A stretch of DNA of 64,000 nucleotides from Felis catus (lineage: Eukaryota): positions 19,470,001-19,534,000 of the forward strand of contig NC_058368.1 in NCBI RefSeq assembly GCF_018350175.1, written 5' to 3'. The position numbers were made by a program, and so were the translations under genes. The notes under the pieces are model-generated. The model had not been told where the DNA came from, did no database searches, and worked only from the letters and a program-made list of their open reading frames with translations. Shown here piece after piece: positions 51,801 to 61,350 of this stretch (positions within the stretch are counted from its first letter, which is position 1; each line of letters begins with the position of its first letter).

Positions 51801-54040
51801 AGCAGGCTTATCAGTGGAGAGAGACTGGAGCTGGGGTTAGGGAGTGGAGGTCAGAGGAGCAGCGGGGGGGGGGGGGGGGGTGTGAGACGTCTGGCACGTC
51901 CTCCAGGAGAGCGGAGAGGGAGGGGACTAGGGAGGTGCACAGTTGGACGGCCAGCAGCCTCTCCAGGTTCGTGGTCTTGAGGCAGCATGGCCGACCAGCC
52001 TGGCCATGTTTGGTGTCATCCTCATTCAGCTGGGGGCCGACAGACCCGGAGTTTGGGGTAGTCTGGGGCCGTGGAGGAAACCAGGGCTGGGGCTGCACCA
52101 GGTGGGCATCAGATGACCAGAGCAGCCAAGGGAATTGAAGGTGTATGTAGTTAACTGTGGAAGTGAAACATTGGCCTTTACTCTGACAATCTCAACTGTT
52201 TCTCTTTTTGGCCCTGTCCAGTCTCTTTATGGTTTAGAACTATTGTAATTTTTTTCACCGTAGGCTATCAAGCCAGGCATGTTTTTTTTTTTTTTTTTTT
52301 CGTTTTTGTCTTCTGCTAGTAAGCTAATATAAAAACTGTGCTTAGCTAACTGTTTCAGTCTCAGAAACCACCAATTCCTGGGGTGTGAGGAACAGCCCCC
52401 CAGTCCTTCCCCTGGCAAGTCTCCCAGGGTAATTGGCCTGCAGCAACCCCTCCCACCCCGAACACCTAATGTTTGAAGGATGTCTTTTATACTTTCATAC
52501 TGTCCTCTCCTGTTCTTCTCTCCTAACCTGCTAATGAACTCCTGAGGGCAGAGTATGTCTTGTGTCTTCTGTTGCACATAAGCGCCTGAATGGTTGGCTC
52601 TCAGGCTGTAAATTATATTCATTTATTAGCATTCCACCTCCGTTGTGAGGGATGTGCTGTTTGTACTGCTCATGTTCTCTGTATGGGAACCTTCTGGGCC
52701 ACTGCTTCCCAGCATATGGCTTAGTGTCAGGTTCTGTTGTCCTGTCCTGTCACAGGATCTGGGGTTCCTCTGCCTGTCTCAGGAGGACTGGCCTAGTGTT
52801 TTTCCTAAGAAGCCCCACCCAGGGTGAGCCTCGAGCCAGGCCAAGCTGGTCATCTTTGGAAAGTGCTGAAATATTTGAACTAGATGGCCCTCTTGCATAT
52901 AAGGTCGTCTGTCCCGGAGGCCATGGAAACGTGAGCTGCCCATCTGCCTTTGGGCCCAGGATCCTCAGGTTGCAACAGGAGGGTTTAGGACATCAGAGGG
53001 ATTTTTATTTTTATGCAAACAAGATCCACAGAGACTGGGAAGGTGAGTCGGAGATAAACAAGGTGAATTTATTTTGGAAAACCGCTGAGATAATTTGCAC
53101 ATGTGGGAAGCAAAATAGTTTAGCATGAGGAGACCCTTGAAGACCTGTAGTTCTGGAAGGAATACGTGAGAGGTGAATGTGCCCTTCCCCCGTGGTAAGG
53201 GGGACAAAAACCACCGTGCAGTTCTAGGTGGAAAGCGCATTCAGATCTGTCTGTACTTCATCTCTATGAGCATGTATTTAACATCTGGGGGATGATATTT
53301 GTTCATCACCGTGTTAGGTAAGACGGAAGAACCTTGTCTTCGGGTGCTTGCAGTGTTTCCTGCCACTGGGCGCAAGGGCTGGTCCGGATACAGCCTCAGT
53401 GGAGAGAGAAGGCTTGGCCTCCTCTAAACGTAGAGGCTCCGTACCTGCCAGGTCTGTGGTGTTGCGTTAGTGACACTGGAATTCGGGTGAGGGAGAGAGA
53501 GCCCTGCTGGCGTGAATAGAGGCCAGTCCGATGAGAGCAGGACTTAAAAGGATAAGGAGGATTAGCCGAACAGAGGAGGGGACCCGGGGGTCAGGTGTGA
53601 GGAAAGGGGGAGGCGCAGGAAAGAGGAGTTTGGACTTGATACCCAACCAGGGAAAATGGCTTATGCTTTGGCTGTTTGGCAGGTCCCCTAGAACTTATGG
53701 GAACAAAGGAGAAGGCACTGTGTTCACCCCAGAGGTACCTCCCCACCATTCCTCCTCATCTCTGCCAAACTGGAAATGGCCCTGTCGGCCTCAGGTCCTC
53801 GCCAGCTGTGATCACTTGATCGCTGAGCCTGGAGGCCCTCCTCATTTGTTTAATCCTACTCTACTATTCATTTTCTCTGCTTCTTGTAACCTGATCGTCC
53901 CCTCTTCTCTGAGTCTTAGCTCTCATGCCTGCCCAAACTGTATTTCTAAGTCACAAATGATATAAGTCCTCTGTGTTAAAAATTGGCAATTCTCTGCTAA
54001 ATCTAAACTTCATGCCTCTTCTAACCTGGCCCCCAGTCTC

Positions 54041-54266
54041 CTTTTTCTTTTCTTTTCTTTTTTTTTAAACATTTATTTTTTGAGAGACAGAGACAGAGCG
54101 TGACTAGGGGAGGGGCCGAGAATGAGAGGGAGAGACAGAATCGGAAGCAGGCTCCAGGTGCTGAGCTGTCAGCACAGAGCCGGATGTAGGGCTCGAACTC
54201 ATGAACCGTGAGATCATGACCTGAGCCGAAGACGTACACTTAACTGACTAAGCCACCCAGGCGGCC
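54041..54266 (-). mobile_element. CanSINE (SINEC_Fc-like)
   Basis: Antisense body. Confidence 0.9.
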
Positions 54267-54535
54267 CTCCAGCCTCCTTTTTCTAGCTGTGTTCTGGGTC
54301 TGAGTGGCCATTTAGGAGAGGTAAAAATATTTTACAGTAAAGCATTTATATTTTCCATAGGTCATGGAACAGGATAGACTCTTCAAAAGCACTTGGGGTG
54401 TATGATGCCAACTACTTTCATTATTAACTATTCATATCTATAACACAGAACTAGTATTTATATTTAGAATGATCCCATATCACCAAGGAAAATTTGAAAT
54501 ATGGTTAGTAACTCAGCTTTTAAAAAGACAGCAGA

Positions 54536-54753
54536 GGGGCGCCTGGGTGGCGCAGTCGGTTAAGAGTCCGACTTCAGCCAGGTCACGATCTCGCGGTCCG
54601 GGAGTTCGAGCCCCGCATCAGGCTCTGGGCTGATGGCTCGGAGCCTGGAGCCTGTTTCCGATTCTGTGTCTCCCTCTCTCTCTGCCCCTCCCCCGTTCAA
54701 GCTCTGTCTCTCTCTGTCCCAAAAATAAATAAACGTTGGAAAAAAAAAAAAAA
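54536..54753 (+). mobile_element. Young SINEC_Fc
   Basis: Near-consensus sequence; TSD aaaaagacagcaga. Confidence 0.95.
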
Positions 54754-54831
54754 GACAGCAGAAATACACGGCATCTTTGGGGGAGGATTTCTACCCAAAA
54801 TGACAAAAATTTTTAAAATATCTGGTGCTTA

Positions 54832-55057
54832 GGGGCACACTTGGGTGGCTTAGTGGGTTATGTGTCCTACTCTTGATTTCGGCTCAAATCCTGATGTCAT
54901 AGTACGTGGGATCAAGCTCAGAGGTAGGTTCTGTGCTGGCAGCACGGAGCTTGCTTGGGATTCTCTCTCCTCTCCCTGCCCTTCTCCCCACTCACCTGTG
55001 CTGTCTAGCGCTCTCTCTCTCTCTCTCTCTCAAAATAAATAAACATTAAAAAAAAAA
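54832..55057 (+). mobile_element. CanSINE
   Basis: SINEC body, (CT)n, A-tail; TSD about atctggtg(c/t)tta. Confidence 0.88.
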
Positions 55058-55968
55058 GATCTGGTGTTTAAAGAGATCAGATTAGGTTATCTGGAGAACG
55101 CACTTACTATGCCCAATAAAGGAAATGTGGGGGGGTCGGCAGGCACACCCAGACCCTGGGTCTGGACCTTATCGGGAAGACCAGAGATGAGCAAGATTTG
55201 AGTGATCGCAAGAAAGCAGGGGCAGATATACCGGACTCCTCTGTGCCGGCGGCCCCTACATGGAATTGGGGCCCTAGCATCACACATGCCATTCCTTTGT
55301 TGTCACTGATTTGAATGGCACTTCTTAGAACTGCAGGCAGATTCTTTTTTGACTGAGCACAAGGAGGATAAGAAGCCAAGGGAGACACATTTTGGAGCTG
55401 GCTGCCTGGAGCGTTTTTCAGAAGTGGGAGCAAACACATAGTCACATCCCCACAGGGTAAATAAGAGGCAGAAGAGGAACCGGGTCTCCTAGGACGTGTG
55501 GCTCATGGGCCAGTGGTGAGGCCGCCTTCCCTCAGGCAGAACAGGGCTCTTGCTCAGCATTTCTGGGGGCAGCAGTGGCAGTTTAACGGGGAGGAAGGGT
55601 CACTGTAGGTAACTCCTTAGGAGGCAGAATCCTCAGGGAGCTTGAGCAGAAGTGGATGTGTTCTAAATGCCCTCAGGGACCTGCCACTGTGACCTCACCC
55701 TCCCCTGCCAGGGGCATGTTCATTCCGCGAGAGGAATGTTTTTACCAACTCAATTCAGTGGGCAGCGTGGACACTTTACACACACTGGCAGGGGGCGGCG
55801 TTGCCAGGATTAGTGGCTGGCGGAGCCTTTCCTTCCCGGGGGATGAGGTTGCCTCCTTCCCGGTCTGTGAGCCGGTGGGGGTGGGAAGGGAGACAGCGCT
55901 GCCCAGCCAAGTGGGAGGCTGCCTGGATTACCACACTGCCCCCTTCTCTTAATCCTCCTGTGGACAGC

Positions 55969-55990
55969 GGGGGGGGGGGGGGGGGGGGGG
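55969..55990 (+). repeat. G22 homopolymer
   Basis: 22 consecutive G. Confidence 0.9.
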
Positions 55991-56220
55991 TAGCTGGAGA
56001 AGCCTGAATTGTGGGTTCGTTCCTGGCTGTCCTCCCCCGTACAAAAAAGGATAACAAGGATGAGCCTTTGTTATCCAGTGCGTTTTTGCAGTCAGTTCTT
56101 ACTGAAGCCAAGCCAAGTTGGTCCAAGGGAAAACAAAGCTGCAGGAAACATGGACCTTTCTTACACCTTCTTGAAAATGCAAGTCATGTTGCCTAGGAAA
56201 TACTCTGTCCCCTAGCGTGC

Positions 56221-56561
56221 TGCACACCGCCAGCATTGGAGCTATGGAAGAGGCCGCTGAAGTTATTCCAAGAAAGCGTTGGAAGTTTGGTAATGAAAGG
56301 AAGTGTCATCTCTCCCCTGCCTCGAGGCTGGGTTTCTGGGAGTGCACACGGCCAAAAGGAAACTGTGCTCAGCTTTGGGAGGTGACTGTGTGCCGGGCTC
56401 CTGCACACGCTGGCCGGGTGTCCTGGCACGGCTGGGTGAGGGCACGCGTGGGGCCGTGTGCAGAGATTCCCAGGGCCGAAAGCAGTGTGGTGAGTGAGAG
56501 GGTGCCAATTGGTTGGAAGGATGTAGGTAAACAAGAGTAAATATACATACAGCAGTGTGCA
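56221..56561. promoter_or_regulatory. Cluster of metal response elements (MTF1 sites) with FOXA and CCAAT motifs; putative internal ATP7B promoter
   Basis: TGCRCNC cores at 56221 (+), 56340-56346 (-), 56343 (+, TGCACACGGCCA), 56402 (+), 56456-56462 (-, within perfect TGCACACGGCCC at 56451-56462) and 56555-56561 (-). CCAATTGG at 56505; GTAAACA at 56527; GTAAATA at 56537. Confidence 0.75.
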
Positions 56562-56783
56562 GCCTGCCCAAGTTCAGAAGCTGGCTGCTAGACTTGGCCG
56601 GCAGCCTCTCCCCCGCTGGCTCCAGAGCAGAGGGGAATCTGCAGGACTGACGGATCACAGGTGCCTCCCCCTGCTAGTTAGGAGGACACTTTTAAAGCTT
56701 TTCCTTCTCACTCGACCAGGTAGTCTGGTGAGGGTGAACAGCTTGCTTGAATGGTGGGTAAAGGTGTGACCGCGGACACAGCG

Positions 56784-56999
56784 ATGGAGAAAGCCGGGGG
56801 TGACATGCCCGGGAGCCCTGAGCCGTCCTTCCTGGCGACTCTGGGTGACCCACAGGTGACCCTCGTGTCCGTCCACAAGCGGTGGTCCTTCAGGAGGAAT
56901 CCTGGGACCGGGGGCTCCACCAGGCCAGTGACTTCGGAGGAGGAAGGAGAGTTTTCCCAGAAGGTTTTGAATGGAACACGGGGAATCCGTTCCAATCAG
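56784..56999 (+). CDS. ATP7B: ATP7B alternative first coding exon (72-aa N-terminus; possible upstream in-frame ATG at 56751)
   Basis: Strong Kozak gcgATGG; open 72 codons [72 protein letters not shown]; donor CAG|GTCAGT in phase 0 like canonical exon 1; in-frame TGA at 56748. Resembles the recalled long N-terminal isoform of sheep ATP7B. Confidence 0.8.
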
Positions 57000-58769
57000 G
57001 TCAGTGCAATTGCAGAAGGGCTAAAAAGCCGAGAGGGAGTTGGACGGGCTTTCAGATGGAGGTTCCTCCCTTGTCTTACGAATGGGGGATCAGGGAAGCG
57101 CGGCCGGGGTGGGGAGCCAGAGTTGAGGTGATTCTCCAGACTTTATCCAGAGATAAAGTCCATCATGGTAACCGTTGGGTTTCTCGCTTGTTTTTAGGAT
57201 ATTTTGTAAGCCTCTGTGGGGCAAAAGTTTTCCGGAAGGCAGATCAGACAAAAATGGAGTTTTGCCCTGTTTTTGCTTTTTAAAACGTGTACCTTATTTT
57301 GTTAATCTCCGTATTTCGACTAAATAAACATTTTGAATGTGTTGCTGCAAAACGAAGCTGTTCTTCTTAAGCAAATGAACATTTTGTTAACCCAGAGGTC
57401 AGGTCATGTTCAAAAGTAGGGCAGTGTAACGTTTTATAAGAGCCTTGTAGTAACATTTCCGGGTGGGACTGGTGGTTTGTGTGGGGTCTTTTTCATTGAT
57501 CAGGGCAGATGAAAAAATACCAGTTAGCAACAAAGGAAAGTTTTTGAAGTCCTTTGACCCTTTAAGAGTTATGTTTGTTTCTCCTGGGTTTTATTGTTTA
57601 AAAAGTCCCCACATTTGCTAAAGGAAATTTTGTGAAAAGAGATTTTTGAAATGTACTATGCAAGAGATTTACATCTGTTGAAGGAAATTTCTGAATGCCC
57701 TTATGCAGTGCACGGTTAACTTTATATTTTTAGCTGAGTGTCTAAGACAGAAATATTAGATTGGGGTGGGAAGGCTTAACATTGCTTTAAAATGTTCAGA
57801 ATACTACTTCACAAAATCCAGCCTATGTCTGAGATATTTGAATGTGAAATATCCTAATTTTTAAATGGCCATTACTAATCTCATGTAACTAGGGGAGCAA
57901 CCTGAACCTGGCTGGGGGAGCCTGTCTGAAAGGAGGACCCAAGTAGAGGCCCACGTCGAGGCTGTGGTCCTGGGGATCTGGTGCAGATCTGGGCTCTGCC
58001 GTTGTGGGTCTGGGGGACCTGGCAGGTGAGGCTCGGGCTCCTCCAGCTCCAAATGCCCCACTGCAAAGTGGAAGTAATAAATGCCACCTCACGGGATTGT
58101 GAAAGCACTTTGTGGAGTACTACGGAAATGCAAAATGGTATCGTTTCTGCCAAAATTATGATTTTCAGTAGAATTCCCAACTCAAGATGTGTTTGGTGCC
58201 CTCTGAATGTCTGGTAGAACTGTGTCAGCCAGTTAATCTGTCGGAGCACAGTTCTAGCTATTTTTTTCTAGAGCTCTGATTACACACGTAACATGTGCTC
58301 ATTATACAAGACAAATTTTGGATGAGGCAGGGGGAATAGAGAAAAGTATTAGGAAGAAAATGTAAGCAACCGTATGCCTTAGCCATATATGTGTACATGT
58401 ATCTATTTATTTATTTACAAACAGAGGATCAGGCCATGCATAGTATTACATACCTTACATTTTTTACTTAATATTTTGTGGACATACACCGACACACACA
58501 TGATGTATATTCATCTATATTTATATACACATCTGTATCATCAGGTTTAATTGCAGTCCTGCTTTTAAATTTGGGATTACTTTTAGAAAGAATCTAACTA
58601 TTCTCAAATGGGGGAAATTTGTAGTAGCTGGTTTAAGATGAGAAGAACCAAGCTAAAAGTCATTTGTAATTGAGTATTTGTTCATTGTCAACAGTGTATT
58701 TACTCAAAGTCTATTATAATCAAACTTTGGATCTACTTGAGAGTTAACTTGTTTAGTACTTAGTATGTC

Positions 58770-59430
58770 TTTTTGATGATAGCCATTTTAACAGACCTGA
58801 GGTGCTATCTCATAGTGGTTTTGATTTGCATGTCTCCGGTGACTGGTGACGTTGAACACCTTTACATGTACCTGCTGGCGATTTGTACGTCTTCTTTGGA
58901 AGCGTGTCTGTTCATTTCCTCTTCCTATTTTTTTGTTTGTGTGTAAATATAAAAATAAATATAAATATAAATTTTGCTATTGAGTTGTATGAATTCTTTA
59001 TGGATTTTGGCTATTAACCCCTTATCAGATATGTGGTTTGCAAATATTTTTCTCCCATTCTGTGGGTTGTCTTTTCATTTTGTTGATGGTTTATTTTGCT
59101 GTGTAGAAACTTCATAGTTTGATGTGGTCCCACTTGCTTATTTTTGATTCTGTTGCTTGTGCTTTTAGGTGTCATATCCAAAAACTCATTGCCAGGATCC
59201 ATGTATGTCAAGGAGCTTTTTCCTGTATTTCCTTCCAGAGTTTTATGGTTTCTGGTCTTCCATTTAAGACTTTAATCCATTTAGGGTTAATTTTCATGAG
59301 TGGTGTAAGATAGGGGTCCATTTTCATTCTTTTACATGTGAATGTCCAATTTCTCGAGCACCGTTTATTGAAGAGACTGTTTTTTCTCTCCACTGAGTAT
59401 TGGCTCTCTTGTCAAATATCATTTGACCCT
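58770..59430 (-). mobile_element. LINE-1 ORF2 3' fragment (antisense)
   Basis: Minus-strand SLFNKRCSRNWTFTCKRMKMDPYLTPLMKINPKWIKVLNGRPETIKL. Confidence 0.88.
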
Positions 59431-61124
59431 ATATTGTTATTAATTTTTTAAAAGGTTTATCAACGATTTGCACTTCTTTTTCTGAGGATTATATTTCGTA
59501 GCAAGTTCCTATTGTGCATTACAGAGTAGCATACATTATAAATATGCATCCACACCTTAAGTCTTTCAAAGGAATATACTTGTTTCATGTTTAGCTGATC
59601 ATACCTATAATTCTAGGCATAAACTTACATTTGTTAGCCATTCTAGAATACAATTTTGTGTGATGAAATGCTAACTAGATTATTTCACCACATGTGACAA
59701 TCACATGGAATTTATCGATAATGATGATAATAATAATAATAAGCAAAAATAATCCCAAGTTCATTGACTTCGGTCATATAATTATCTGAGTTCATAGTGT
59801 TGCTGTGGCATTTCTTCTAACCAGTGGTACTGTCGCATATATTTAATGTAGGTCTTTTACATCCTGATCTTGTAATTCTGGCAAACGACCTAAGGGAGTT
59901 ATGACCTTATGATTCTGGCTTAGACCGTTTCATTCAAATATTAAAAAATATTCCAAGATACTGACAGTTGCTTGGTAGTGACAGGCTCGTTATGTAAAAT
60001 TTCTTTGACGGGAAGGGCTTGCAATGTAGTGTTCTCAGAGAAGCTGAAAAAATGCTTTTGATTTGGTAAAAGTCTGGTGGGATATTTGTTAGGATAGATG
60101 TAAGTTAAAAGCAATGAAATTCTCTGAAACTGTTCATAGTAAAGCTGTTTGGAATGAGATTGCAAACAAGCTCTCTGAGGTAATAATCGTGAAGTGCTTC
60201 TTGGAGAGGTCTTATCGTTTGTGAATTTCTAAATTTTATTTTGTTGTGTGTAGAAAACAGCATGCATCGTATGTATATATCGAGACCGGTTTATTTTATT
60301 TAACTTAATGCACTTTTTCTCCCAAGAAAATGGATGTACTGCACCCAGTTTCTCAGTAAGAGTTGATATTTTTCCTTGCTGTGGTCAAGAGAAGGAAATA
60401 GGCAATACATTTGTCCAGAATTTCCCGGGAACAACATAGTCAACCCCACAGCTGGGGTGGCCCTCGAGGGCAGAGATCCAAGTGTCACACACAGACAGCC
60501 CAGGTATGTAGTCGGCCCTCATCAGTGTTTGAATTAGTGCCTGAGTTTTGGTTGGTTCGTTTTTTCAGTAAATAAAGTTGAAATAATAGTTGGTGGAAGC
60601 TCTTTCTGGACGCTTGTAAGACATCCTGGAGGGACAGTTTGAAGGGGTTGGAGTGGGGGCTGGGGGATTATGTATACTAGTTTTAATCATTAGTTTTCCT
60701 TATCAGTTAAATGGTGGAAATAGTAAGTTCCCTGCCTACCTCCTTGGGCCACTTTTGAAGACCAAATGAGCCATGTGTGTTGTCATAGTCCCTGTCACAC
60801 ATTTATTATGTTAGCCTTTTAAATCTTTTTAGCTTTCCGGCCTTCCTGCAAAATTGTAGGGTGGGTATTTTTACTACCCCACTTTACATGGAGCTAAGAA
60901 AACGGAGTTTCGGGTTTGCTCAGACGTGGCTGGAATTCATACCTAAGACTGTCAAATGTACCCTCAGTAAATTCCCAGCAAGTAGGAAGGACAGATATTT
61001 ACCCAAATATGTGAAAGTGTGTTATAGAGTATGAGACCATGTATATCACTGGTGCATCATTGTTGTCATCTATATCACAGTGATTAATAATGTTTACATC
61101 GTGTGGTTTAACAAGACATATTCT

Positions 61125-61350
61125 GGGGCGCCTGGGTGGTTCAGTCGGTTGAGTGTGGGACTCTTGATTTCAGCTCAGGTCATGATCCCTGGGTCATGGG
61201 ATCAAGTCCTGATTCTGGGTCCATGCTGGGCGTGGAGCCTGATTACGATTCATTCTCTCTGTCTCTCTGTCTCTCTCTCTCTCTCTCCCCCTCCCCCCAT
61301 CTGTCCCTCTTCCCCGCTCACATGCTTTCTCTCTCCCTTGCTCTAAAAAC
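61125..61350 (+). mobile_element. CanSINE
   Basis: ggggcgcctgggtggttcagtcgg head, (CT)n; TSD about caagacat(a/t)ttct. Confidence 0.88.

Noticed and set aside
57396..57423. Nuclear-receptor half-sites AGGTCAGGTCA TGTTCA AAAGTAGGGCA downstream of the alternative exon
   Set aside because: The spacing does not fit a clean DR/IR element, and short motifs are common by chance; unsupported without conservation data.
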